Assembly: GCA_050952625.1 (NCBI GenBank)
Contig: JBMNLH010000001.1
Coordinates: 544,001-608,000 of the forward strand
DNA length: 64,000 nucleotides
Source: Bacillota bacterium
GTDB lineage: Bacteria; Bacillota; Ch66; Ch109
Direction: 5' to 3'
A program made the position numbers and the translations under genes. This document shows, one piece after another, positions 41,185 through 50,606 of the stretch. A model generated the notes under the pieces. That model was not told the DNA's origin. It saw only the letters and a list, made by a program, of their open reading frames with translations, and made no database searches. Each line of letters starts with the position of its first letter. Positions within the stretch are counted from its first letter, which is position 1.

Positions 41185-41847
41185 GTGATCGAAGCTGTTT
41201 TAATACCCTTAAAAGATACCTTGCATGTTATCTCTTCGGGTTTGCTGATCCCGACCATAACTATCCTGCTGCTGTTATTGGCTTTGACAGCAGTCGAGTT
41301 GGGCGGCCTGTTGACCGAAACTCTTACGGAACGACGCAAAATGAAGGTGAATGTGCCAGAGTTGGTTGATTCTTTTCAGGGAAAAAATGTTGGGGAGATC
41401 TTGGCGATGATTGAGCGCAGCAGCCTTTTTCGACGCCAGAAAACAGCCTTGGGTGAGCTAATCATGCGCAACAGTTTACCCACCGCCACCTTACAGGCCC
41501 TGGCCCGCCGTTTGCTGGCTGGCGAGGAACTGCATTATGCCAGGATAACCGATCGGACCGATTTGGTGGCGCGCTTGGCCCCCATGTTCGGGTTAATGGG
41601 CACGCTGATTCCACTTGGGCCGGGCATGATTGCCCTTGGCCAGGGGGACATCAAGATCCTGGCGGATTCACTCCTGATTGCCTTTGACACAACAGTAGCT
41701 GGCTTGGCTGCTGCTGGTGTCGCCTTTGCCATCTCTCGGCTGCGTAAAAGATGGTACGACGATTACCTGAGTACTCTAGAGGCCTTAATGGAAAGCCTAT
41801 TGGAGGTGTTTGAACGTGGACGGGGGACTGAGAAGCCGGCGGCATAG
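41185..41847 (+). CDS. MotA/TolQ/ExbB proton-channel family protein
   Basis: ARLAPMFGLMGTLIPLGPG...AFDTTVAG. Confidence 0.88.
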   Translation: MIEAVLIPLKDTLHVISSGLLIPTITILLLLLALTAVELGGLLTETLTERRKMKVNVPELVDSFQGKNVGEILAMIERSSLFRRQKTALGELIMRNSLPTATLQALARRLLAGEELHYARITDRTDLVARLAPMFGLMGTLIPLGPGMIALGQGDIKILADSLLIAFDTTVAGLAAAGVAFAISRLRKRWYDDYLSTLEALMESLLEVFERGRGTEKPAA

Positions 41848-42148
41848 GCCGCTTAAGGTGACTGAGGAGGTCAACCCGATTGAGGGAGTTCTCAACATTG
41901 GGGATGTCATGCTGGTTTTTGCTTGTGGGCTGATGCTGGCTCTGTCCGTTTACTGGAACATCGATCTGGGCCCCATGGGCAAGCGCGTTGACCTGAATCG
42001 GGGACGGGAGGTGACAGAAGTACCGGGGATACGCAATGATTTGATTGAAACCCAGGGCCAGGGAAAGCTCTATGAGAAAATGGGCACGGTCTATAAAGAC
42101 CCGGCAACGGGGCAACTCTTTATGCTGACTGAAAGTAGCGGTGGATAG
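41810..42148 (+). CDS. DUF2149 family protein (ExbD-like partner)
   Basis: NPIEGVLNIGDVMLVFACGLM TM with an intramembrane Asp; C-terminal GTVYKDP.TG; overlaps the ExbB-like gene. Confidence 0.82.
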   Translation: MNVDGGLRSRRHRPLKVTEEVNPIEGVLNIGDVMLVFACGLMLALSVYWNIDLGPMGKRVDLNRGREVTEVPGIRNDLIETQGQGKLYEKMGTVYKDPATGQLFMLTESSGG

Positions 42149-42243
42149 TTGTCTGCGGGTGCGCAACCTCAAGTGCGGGTTGAGCACTGCTCCCTTGTAA
42201 GCAACCAGTAACTGTCTAATTAACAAGGAGGGAAATAAGTTTA

Positions 42244-42475
42244 ATGCAATCCTATATCAGGGAAAGGGCAACCCCAGCGGTGCTTGTTTTAGACGCTTAC
42301 CCCAAAAAGTCGTGGTTTGGCCAGTTCATGCTGGCCGTCCTGGGTATATTGCTGCTTGCTGCTGCGATTAGCCTGATAGTTCCGACCGCTGCCCTGGCCG
42401 CGTCAGATTCGCTCGAAATCACCGGCGATGGGGTTACGACTCCGATGACGTTAACCCTGGAAGATCTGGAAAAAT
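42244..42475 (+). CDS. N-terminal part (signal peptide and domain start) of a frameshifted surface protein spanning 42244-43689
   Basis: Signal peptide ending ALA; LEITGDGVTTPMTLTLEDLEK continues as MEQHQEVY in another frame if one A is added to the A5 run at 42470-42474. Confidence 0.7.
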
Positions 42476-43280
42476 GGAGCAGCACCAGGAGGTATATAGC
42501 TGTATTAACACCTGGCCTACCAAGAAATGGTATGTAGGCAAAGGGGTTAAGTTATATGACTTGCTCGCCAAGGCCGGGATGACCGATGAAGCCACGTTAA
42601 TCAGATTTAATTCTCTCGACGGTTACACCGTAACCCTTACGGTTAAGGAACTGTTCGAGGATAAACGTTATCGTTTCCCAAATTTCAAGGCCGGTGGTGC
42701 TGACGGTGACGGACATATGCCTGGCGATCCGTCGGGTAAGGTAGAGGTAGAACCAATTGTTGGCCTTATTAGTGTTGAGGGCAGTGATAACCCTAAGTAC
42801 ATGAACGATCTAAATTCCTTGCTGCTGATGCTGGGACAGCGTGCGGTTACCGAGCAAACAGGAAATTTATTCGTTAAATATCTTAATAAAATCGAGGTTC
42901 TAACCACCGAGCCGGAGAAATGGGATGCTCCGCAGGCTAATCCGGCTAGCGGGATAGTCCCCGCGGGGACCATGGTGACCCTGAGAAATACCCACAATGA
43001 TGATGACAAGGTCTATTACACCACGGACGGGAGTACCCCGACCCTGAACAGCCCGATGTATAACTGGATTGCCAGCCGGTGGTGGGCAGCCAGGGCCGAT
43101 GTTTTAGGAAACATAAATCACCCCATTGGCCCTATTAATGAGAACACCACGATTAAGGCGGTTACCATTGGCCCCGGCAAGTTGGACAGTGAGGTCGTTA
43201 CCTTTAGCTACCAGGTGGCTGAGGCCGGGTCTGACGATGGTGACCGTACTCTTGATGGCGACCCGAAGTCCAACGGATAA
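42474..43280 (+). CDS. Central part: molybdopterin-binding-like (Cys-type) + Fn3-like domains
   Basis: YSCINTWPTKKWY...; closely parallels the second repeat of the 35588 protein. Confidence 0.78.
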   Translation: MEQHQEVYSCINTWPTKKWYVGKGVKLYDLLAKAGMTDEATLIRFNSLDGYTVTLTVKELFEDKRYRFPNFKAGGADGDGHMPGDPSGKVEVEPIVGLISVEGSDNPKYMNDLNSLLLMLGQRAVTEQTGNLFVKYLNKIEVLTTEPEKWDAPQANPASGIVPAGTMVTLRNTHNDDDKVYYTTDGSTPTLNSPMYNWIASRWWAARADVLGNINHPIGPINENTTIKAVTIGPGKLDSEVVTFSYQVAEAGSDDGDRTLDGDPKSNG

Positions 43281-43689
43281 GGATGATACAGTGCCGGACC
43301 AAACATCTCTAAAATTAATCCAACTCACCATTGGACAGCTGGAGGCCCGTGTTGACGGCACACCCTATAGCCTGAACGCAGCACCGTACATCAACGCCGA
43401 AGTCGGACGCACCCTGGTACCGTTGCGGTTTGTCAGCGAGGCCTTGGAAGCCGGGGTTGCTTGGAACCCGGAAACTAGACAAGTAACCATTACTGATGAG
43501 GAGAAGGAGATTATTCTGACCGTGGGCACTTGCGAGGTTCAGGTCAATGGCGTGCCACAGACCATCGACTGTGCCCCAGTGATCCAGCCGCCTGGTCACA
43601 CCTTTGTCCCCCTCCGCTTTGTGAGCGCGGCCCTGGGGGCCGGGGTGGATTATGATTCCGGCCGCGGTCAGGTGATAATCACCCGATAA
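43270..43689 (+). CDS. C-terminal part: copper-amine-oxidase N-terminal-like (surface-targeting) domain, frameshifted; 5' boundary approximate
   Basis: APYI..GRTLVPLRFVSEAL..V.W and TFVPLRFVSAALGA.V in ORF 43126..43689; no RBS or start of its own is evident. Confidence 0.7.
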   Translation, partial: PTDKDDTVPDQTSLKLIQLTIGQLEARVDGTPYSLNAAPYINAEVGRTLVPLRFVSEALEAGVAWNPETRQVTITDEEKEIILTVGTCEVQVNGVPQTIDCAPVIQPPGHTFVPLRFVSAALGAGVDYDSGRGQVIITR

Positions 43690-43709
43690 ATACCCGATAA
43701 AATCATATT

Positions 43710-43805
43710 GCTCCGAGCCCCGTGACCTAAAGGAAACTCCCCAAGGTCACTGCGCCGATAGGGTTCGCCTGGAAACGGGCGAGCCTCCCGTTGTGGAAAG
43801 GAGGC
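43710..43805 (+). ncRNA. Moco-class riboswitch (P3-less), internal to the cluster
   Basis: CTCCGAGC..GTGACCTAAAG...GGTCAC..GCCGATAGGGTTCGCCT-GGAAAC-GGGCGAGCCTCCCGTTGTGGAAAGGAG. Confidence 0.88.
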
Positions 43806-43823
43806 TTTTTATCCGGATAACTG

Positions 43824-43862
43824 AGATCCGGCTGGCTTCCTTTTGACCAGCCGGATCTTTTT
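43824..43862 (+). terminator. Attenuator terminator after the internal riboswitch
   Basis: AGATCCGGCTGG-loop-CCAGCCGGATCT followed by TTTT. Confidence 0.85.
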
Positions 43863-43944
43863 GTTGAGCTGATAGGAGGTGGGAACGATTATTTTTTTGC
43901 AGGGTTGACTAATTAAGGAGAAATAAGGGGAGGGAGAAAACAGA

Positions 43945-45372
43945 GTGAAAGGGAAAAAAACGGTCCGAAGTTGGTATCACCTTTTGCCATTTGTCCTGAG
44001 TGTGTTTCTATTGGCCGGTATGTTCGGTCTGTTGGCACCCGCAGATGCTTATGCTGCAGGACAAGGTATTACCATATCGGGACCCGGATTAAATGAACCC
44101 GAGGGGGTAGCATTTACCCAGGACCAACTTGAGAACGATTTACCACAAACTATCGAATACTACAGCACCATCAATACCTGGCCCACCAAGAGCTGGTATG
44201 GAGGGGTGGGCGTTAAGCTAACTGACCTGCTTGAAGCAGCTGGAGGGCTTAATGAGCAAGCGACGCAGATTAGAATTATCTCCGCAGACGGTTTTAAAGC
44301 GACATTTACCTTGCAGGAACTTCTCGGCGAAACCAGGTATCGTTTTCCTAATTTTATGGATACCGGTCTCCCTGGCCATCTTATTGGGGATGCATCTGGT
44401 GCGGAGCCGGTAGAACCCATAATTGCTTACAAAAGTGGTTCTGGTCATACAATAGCTGATGTCATGAACGAAAGTAACTTGAAAGATGGCGATGCTAATC
44501 ATCTACTGTACGGGCAGCGGGCGGTAACCCAGCAGACCAACGCCAGGTTCTCCAAGTATGTAACAGCAATTGAAGTACTTACTGAACCCGCCCCTCAATG
44601 GGACGTACCTACAGCATCAGTAGTGCCTGGAGAGGTGCCGGTAGGTACCCTGGTGGAACTGAAGAGTAAATTTAATGATGAGGACAAGATTCATTATACC
44701 CTGGACGGCAGTGACCCGACCATAGAAAGTCCCATGTATAACTGGATTGCCAGCCGTTGGTGGTCTTCAAGACAGGATGATTTAGATGATATAAATCGCC
44801 CCATTGAAATTACAGAAGATACTACAATCAAGGCCATTGTAATCGGCCCTGGCCGGGCGGACAGCGAAATTGTTGAATTCACCTATACAGTAGATAAATC
44901 CGCAACTGTGGCGGTTTCAGGTGTAAGTATTAGCGAAAGTGACCAGGAATTAGAGAAAGGCCAGACAGTCAAACTCAATGCTTTAGTGACCCCCGCAGAT
45001 GCCACCAATAAGAATGTAGGCTGGTCCAGCAGTAACGATGCTGTGGCTACGGTGAGCGCAACTGGCCTGGTAACCGCAGTGGCAGAAGGCACCGCGACTA
45101 TTACGGTTACTACTGAAGATGGCGAATTTACTGATTCGATTACCGTCACTGTAACCGCTGTGCCGGCATCGGATTTTGTAGTAGAAAACGGCGTTTTGAA
45201 AGAATACAAGGGCGCCGGAGGTGATGTGGTCATCCCAGGTAATCTGGGCATAACCAGTATTGGGTATCCTGCGATTCAGTATGCGAACAGCAGCCTTACC
45301 TCCGTAGTCATTCCCGAGGGTGTAACTACTATTGACGGTCTTCGGCATTTGATAGGTTGTGGACTAGCTTAA
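43945..45372 (+). CDS. 5' part of a giant surface protein: signal peptide, molybdopterin-binding-like, Fn3-like, Big_2, start of LRR_5 repeats
   Basis: YSTINTWPTKSWY domain nearly identical to the first domain of the 35588 protein; the LRR pattern continues through frameshifts to 45549. Confidence 0.75.
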   Translation: MKGKKTVRSWYHLLPFVLSVFLLAGMFGLLAPADAYAAGQGITISGPGLNEPEGVAFTQDQLENDLPQTIEYYSTINTWPTKSWYGGVGVKLTDLLEAAGGLNEQATQIRIISADGFKATFTLQELLGETRYRFPNFMDTGLPGHLIGDASGAEPVEPIIAYKSGSGHTIADVMNESNLKDGDANHLLYGQRAVTQQTNARFSKYVTAIEVLTEPAPQWDVPTASVVPGEVPVGTLVELKSKFNDEDKIHYTLDGSDPTIESPMYNWIASRWWSSRQDDLDDINRPIEITEDTTIKAIVIGPGRADSEIVEFTYTVDKSATVAVSGVSISESDQELEKGQTVKLNALVTPADATNKNVGWSSSNDAVATVSATGLVTAVAEGTATITVTTEDGEFTDSITVTVTAVPASDFVVENGVLKEYKGAGGDVVIPGNLGITSIGYPAIQYANSSLTSVVIPEGVTTIDGLRHLIGCGLA

Positions 45373-45548
45373 CATCCGTAGTCTTGCCCCAGAGCTGTAA
45401 CCGGAATTGGGGCAAGGGCCTTTTGCAGAATGCACTAGTCCTTCGTGAAATAAACATTCCTCAAGGTGTTACCAAAATCGGAGACGAGAGACGTTTTGGC
45501 GTTGCTATGCCCTTGAAAATATAATTCTTCCCAACAGTCTCACCAGCA

Positions 45549-48500
45549 TTGGCGAAGCGAGCATTTCGGCAATGTACCGCTCTATCTGAGATAAACATAC
45601 CCGAAAGCGTTACCGATATTGGGCCAAAAGCATTTCAGAGTTGTAGCAAATTAACAGAGATAGTCATTCCCAATAGTGTTGCCAGCATTGGAGACAGAGC
45701 CTTTTATAGATGCAGCGCTCTTACATCTGCAACTATTCTAGGTACTGATACTGCCTTGGGAGCTGAGTTGTTTGACCAATATCCCGCAGGGACCCCCAGG
45801 GTGGTAACTATACATGGTTATCGCGGCTCTACTGCCGAAGCGTACGCAACTGAGAATAGTATTCCTTTTGAAGCCATAGACGCAACTGTAGCGGTTACTG
45901 GCGTAAGTATTACTGAAAGCGACCAGGAGTTGAAGGTCGACGAGACCGTTCAGCTTAATGCCGTCGTTGAGCCAGCGAATGCCACCAACAAGAACGTCAC
46001 CTGGTCCAGCAGTGATGAAAGTATTGCCACGGTAGACGAAAACGGTCTGGTAACCGCAGTGGCACAGGGCACTGTCACCATTACGGTGACCACCGAAGAT
46101 GGGAACTTTACCGACAGCATCACCGTCAATTCGGTCCCAGTTGGCCCACAGATACTGCTGCGCTGCAACTCCGGAATCCCGGAGGCGAACGTATTCATCA
46201 CCGGCAGCGGTTTTGATGTCGGCGCGGTGGGAACAATCTGGTTCGACACCAACAATAATGGAGTCCTGGACGATGGTGAGCCGTCAGTTGATGTGAAGAC
46301 TGATGCGGATGGGGCTATCCCCTTGCTCACGAGTCTAACTGTTCCTTCAGTAAGTACGGGCAACTACACTGTGCAGGCTGATGTCCCGAGCGGGGATGGC
46401 ATCGAAGCTGCCGCCGTCTTCACTGTAACCGACGTCGGCATAATCGTTGGCCCAATCAGTGGAAACAGTCAAGGACAGGGTGATGTCAGATATATCACAG
46501 TTACCGGCAGCGGTTTTGCCCCCAGCACCGGCTATAGACTTTTCTGTGACCGAAATGGGAATGGGATCTTCGATGATGGTGCTTACAAGTCTGGTACTAC
46601 AACAGCTGACGGTACAGTGTCAGTGAATAATATGTCTTGGCCGGCATCGCCGACAGGTATCTACAATATCCTCTTAGACATTAATAAAGATGACACCATA
46701 GAGGCTTCAGCCAGCATCGCGATTACTCCGGGTATTAAAATTAGCACTCCCAGAGGTGTCCCCGGAGCAAATATCGGTATGACTCTTGTAGGTTTTTCGG
46801 CGAATGAGACCGGGTATGTCTGGTTTGATACAAATGGTAACGAAGTCTGGGATGAGGGCGAGAACCAGTTACCTGTAACAACCAGTGGTGGCGGGTCAGT
46901 TAATACCTCCGGCTTGATCGTACCTTCCGTATCGCCAGGAAACTATCAGGTTTGTACCGCAATACCGGCCTGTGGTCTCAAAGCTTCAGCCACCTATACT
47001 GTCACTGGCTTGACACTGAATCCCAATTCAGGGACAGCCGGCACGAGCATAGACATTCTGGGTTATGGATATGTGGCTAACCAGACATCCGGCAAGTATA
47101 TTTGGTTTGACACTAACGGCAACGGCTCTTGGGATGCTGATGAAAGCAAGGTAGACGTAACCACCGATGCCAGCGGTACCCTGTCTCCTGTTTCTCTTAC
47201 TGTCCCGGCAGTGCCCGCTGGTACCTATAATGTATGTGCTTCCGTTTTTCCCAGTGGAACCTTCGCGGTTTTCACTGTTAAAGATCCGCCGGCAATTGAC
47301 ATTCTCTACGACGGGACAGTCACTTTAAATGCAGGTGAGACCTTTACGGTGACCGTCGATGCTAATGAATATATAATTAATGAGAACACACCACTGGGTG
47401 CGCTTCATAAAGCCTCAATTGCCAGTGGCTTCAGCTATGCTGTTACGGATAAGAAATACCAAAATTCAGGTATTCTTCTTTTAGATGATATAGGAAGTTA
47501 TCCTTATGTAAAGAGTGGCAGTGAATGGTACGCCTATGTGAATGATGTTTATAAAGATGGCTATGAAAATTCTAATAATGCCCTAAATCTTGTTGAACTT
47601 GTGGATGGGGATAAGGTTGAGTTCTACTACGCCGACATTGACTCGACCGACCTCAATGCGGTAAAGACAGCGGCTACTGCGGCAGTGTTAATCGTTGTTG
47701 ATTCCGATGCAACCACACCATCTGACTGGACGCTTCAACTCTCAGGTGCCAAAGAGGAAACTGTAACTAAAGCCTATTTTGAGCAAGGCCTGGCCTGCGC
47801 ATCATCTAGTCATCAGGTGTCCTGGACTGATGGAGACGGTAATACCTGGGGAGGTGTACCCTTATGGCTGCTGGTAGCCATGGTTGATGATGACCCGGAT
47901 GCTGGTGATAAGCACATCAATTTTAACGACGAGCTTGCTGTCCAGGACTATGAAATTAAAGTAATAGCCGGCGATGGCTGGTCGACTACCCTGAGTAGTG
48001 CAGCTATCGCCCGCAGTGATGCTTATATTGTCGCTAATACCCTGAACGGAGAACCGTTGCCGCTTAAGACCGAATCAGGCAAAGACTGCTGGCCGCTCTA
48101 TCTTAAAGGTTCAGCTATCTCTGGCGGACAGCAGGTAGGCAATATTGTTCGTATCGAACTGTCTGGTCTGCCTGAACCAACTGCTGGATGGACACTGGAG
48201 ATGATCGGAGAAGTAGGGGACACCATAACACAAGAGGAATTTGAAGACGGATTGGCCTGTACTGGCTCCGGCCATTACCAGGAATGGAAAGATAAAGACG
48301 GAAACCTTTGGTCCGGTGTGCCACTGTGGGTACTTCTAGGAGCAGTGGACGACATTGAGACCGGAGCCCACTGGACTTTCAATAATGAACTTGCCTCAAG
48401 TTATAGCGTTAAAGTAATTGCTGGTGACGGAAATTATTTCAAGACCTTTGCTGGTTCCGATGTGGCCGAAAGCAACGACTATATTGTAGCGAATAAATGC

Positions 48501-50480
48501 AATGGTGAAGCACTTACCGGTTCATCCGCACCACTGCGCCTAGTCGGGGATGGTGTTACCAAAGATGATGGCTCACTCGGAGGCCTAGCTGTTGGTAACA
48601 TCGCCCGGATAGAAATACCTGAACTGCAGACGCCGGCCGCTGAACCTGGCAGCTGGAATCTGGCCTTGAATGGTAAGATCAGTGATGTGATTTCCCAGAC
48701 TGAGTTTGAAGCTGGCCTGGTCTGTCCAAATTCGGGACACTTAAAGCAATGGAAGGATGCTGACGGTAATGTCTGGTCAGGGATACCCCTTTGGTTACTG
48801 GCTGGCTGGGTAGATGACCGAAAGCCCCACAGTTACGATTATAATCAGGCTGTGATTGGTTACAAAGTCCTGGTGAAAGCTGGAGACGGCTACAGCGTCG
48901 ATTTTGCGAGTGCAGAAATCAATAAGAGCAGCGACTATATTATTGCGAATAAATTCAACGGTGTGCCACTTACTGATTCGGGACCACTGCGTCTGGTTGG
49001 CACTGGTGTTGCCAAAGACGATGGCTCCCTGAGCGGAAAAAGCGTCGGGAATATCGTGGAGATCGAGCTGACCTCCTTCGCGACCGGCGGTGGTGGAATC
49101 ATCCCCGAACTCCGTATTGTCAAGTATGCTGAAGACGGCACTACCATCCTGGCCGAAGAGACCCTCAATTACATCGACATGAAGGATCGGTTCAAAGTGA
49201 TTGGGGACGGGACTACGGTATATAAATTCCAGGGAATTACCAATGACCCGGAAAATATATGGGACCCAGAGGAAACCAATCTCGGCGGTTTTAAGATAGC
49301 CAATGCTGTAATGGGCACCCGCCTCAAAGACCTTTGTGAACTGGTTGGTGGTATGGGAGCAGGAACCGAAATCGTCTTAGCTGCCAATGACGGTTATGAA
49401 ACCAAGCTTCCCTATTCCTCCATCTATACTGACCCATCAGTACAGGCCCGCCAGGGGGATGCCATTCTGGCCTGGTATGCTGACGGTAAGTATGTTCCTG
49501 AGTATCGCGATGGTATGCGCTTATTCTTTACGCCGGAGGATACGGTTTATAGTCAGTGGGATATGCACGAGACTCTGCCGGAACCATACTGGCATTACTA
49601 TGGTGCTGAGGGGGTTATGTATCCTTCTTGTGCTGGTTTGTCAGCCAAGTACATTACCGAAATCAAGGTATACTCCGTGCCCCAGGGTGATTGGACACTG
49701 GAACTCGATGGTCAGGATATTGGTGGTCTGAAGACTGATATAAGCAAGACCTATTTTGAATCAGCCCTTACCTGCCAGTTTGGTGCTAACCACAAGGCAA
49801 CCTACACCGATTCTAAAGAACGAACCTGGGAAGGTATGCCGCTGTGGTTCCTGGTTGGCTTCGTCGATGACGCTGACCAGCATTCCAATAACGCCTATAA
49901 TGATGCTCTGGCCGAGTCAGGGTATCAGGTGGTAATCACTGCAGAGGACGGCTATTCGGTAACAATTGATAGCACAGATCTTGGCCGGAACAATAACTAC
50001 ATTATCGCCAACTCGCTGAATGGAGCGACTATTCCTGAAACTGATGAAAACTGGCCGCTCCGTCTAGTTGGACCAGCTGTTACCGGAACTAACTCAATTT
50101 CGCAGATTGTAAGTATTAAGTTGGTGAGCTCAGAACAGGTTGATCCGGTTTACACAGTATCACCTGTGGCTGATGCCGCTTATACTGCGGGGACTAATCC
50201 GGACGGCATCAATACCATGACCGTTAATACGGGTGTATCCGGGTTCAAATACTTCACGGTTGATATCGAACCGGTGGCCTCCCACAGCGGTGATGAAACC
50301 GTGGTCTTCACTCATTTACGAAACGGTATTCAGCTGCAGATCAACTCTACTAGAGCCGACTTTGATGAGGTTGATATTGCTCAGGCTGGTTTTAATGTTC
50401 AATCCGGGGATGTTATCAAAGTTTACATCGTGGATGAGCTGACCAATGCCACTGACCACAACCCGGTGATTCTGCAGTAA
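45549..50480 (+). CDS. 3' part of the giant surface protein: LRR_5, Big_2, 4 DxNxNG-type repeats, DUF4430-like, 5 molybdopterin-binding-like domains, conserved C-terminal domain
   Basis: AF..C..L..I.IP.SV LRRs; four W.G.PLW.L...VDD...DG..PL.L.G domains plus one divergent copy; no signal peptide or RBS of its own. Confidence 0.75.
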   Translation: MAKRAFRQCTALSEINIPESVTDIGPKAFQSCSKLTEIVIPNSVASIGDRAFYRCSALTSATILGTDTALGAELFDQYPAGTPRVVTIHGYRGSTAEAYATENSIPFEAIDATVAVTGVSITESDQELKVDETVQLNAVVEPANATNKNVTWSSSDESIATVDENGLVTAVAQGTVTITVTTEDGNFTDSITVNSVPVGPQILLRCNSGIPEANVFITGSGFDVGAVGTIWFDTNNNGVLDDGEPSVDVKTDADGAIPLLTSLTVPSVSTGNYTVQADVPSGDGIEAAAVFTVTDVGIIVGPISGNSQGQGDVRYITVTGSGFAPSTGYRLFCDRNGNGIFDDGAYKSGTTTADGTVSVNNMSWPASPTGIYNILLDINKDDTIEASASIAITPGIKISTPRGVPGANIGMTLVGFSANETGYVWFDTNGNEVWDEGENQLPVTTSGGGSVNTSGLIVPSVSPGNYQVCTAIPACGLKASATYTVTGLTLNPNSGTAGTSIDILGYGYVANQTSGKYIWFDTNGNGSWDADESKVDVTTDASGTLSPVSLTVPAVPAGTYNVCASVFPSGTFAVFTVKDPPAIDILYDGTVTLNAGETFTVTVDANEYIINENTPLGALHKASIASGFSYAVTDKKYQNSGILLLDDIGSYPYVKSGSEWYAYVNDVYKDGYENSNNALNLVELVDGDKVEFYYADIDSTDLNAVKTAATAAVLIVVDSDATTPSDWTLQLSGAKEETVTKAYFEQGLACASSSHQVSWTDGDGNTWGGVPLWLLVAMVDDDPDAGDKHINFNDELAVQDYEIKVIAGDGWSTTLSSAAIARSDAYIVANTLNGEPLPLKTESGKDCWPLYLKGSAISGGQQVGNIVRIELSGLPEPTAGWTLEMIGEVGDTITQEEFEDGLACTGSGHYQEWKDKDGNLWSGVPLWVLLGAVDDIETGAHWTFNNELASSYSVKVIAGDGNYFKTFAGSDVAESNDYIVANKCNGEALTGSSAPLRLVGDGVTKDDGSLGGLAVGNIARIEIPELQTPAAEPGSWNLALNGKISDVISQTEFEAGLVCPNSGHLKQWKDADGNVWSGIPLWLLAGWVDDRKPHSYDYNQAVIGYKVLVKAGDGYSVDFASAEINKSSDYIIANKFNGVPLTDSGPLRLVGTGVAKDDGSLSGKSVGNIVEIELTSFATGGGGIIPELRIVKYAEDGTTILAEETLNYIDMKDRFKVIGDGTTVYKFQGITNDPENIWDPEETNLGGFKIANAVMGTRLKDLCELVGGMGAGTEIVLAANDGYETKLPYSSIYTDPSVQARQGDAILAWYADGKYVPEYRDGMRLFFTPEDTVYSQWDMHETLPEPYWHYYGAEGVMYPSCAGLSAKYITEIKVYSVPQGDWTLELDGQDIGGLKTDISKTYFESALTCQFGANHKATYTDSKERTWEGMPLWFLVGFVDDADQHSNNAYNDALAESGYQVVITAEDGYSVTIDSTDLGRNNNYIIANSLNGATIPETDENWPLRLVGPAVTGTNSISQIVSIKLVSSEQVDPVYTVSPVADAAYTAGTNPDGINTMTVNTGVSGFKYFTVDIEPVASHSGDETVVFTHLRNGIQLQINSTRADFDEVDIAQAGFNVQSGDVIKVYIVDELTNATDHNPVILQ

Positions 50481-50606
50481 TGATTCAAACCGTAAGTATT
50501 TGAAGGATTGAGAAGCGAAATGGGCAAAACCTGAAAAAGCCGTTGGCTCGAAGGGTTTTGCCCAACGCTCCCCATCGAAGATTTATAACTAAAGGAGCAG
50601 GGTGAT

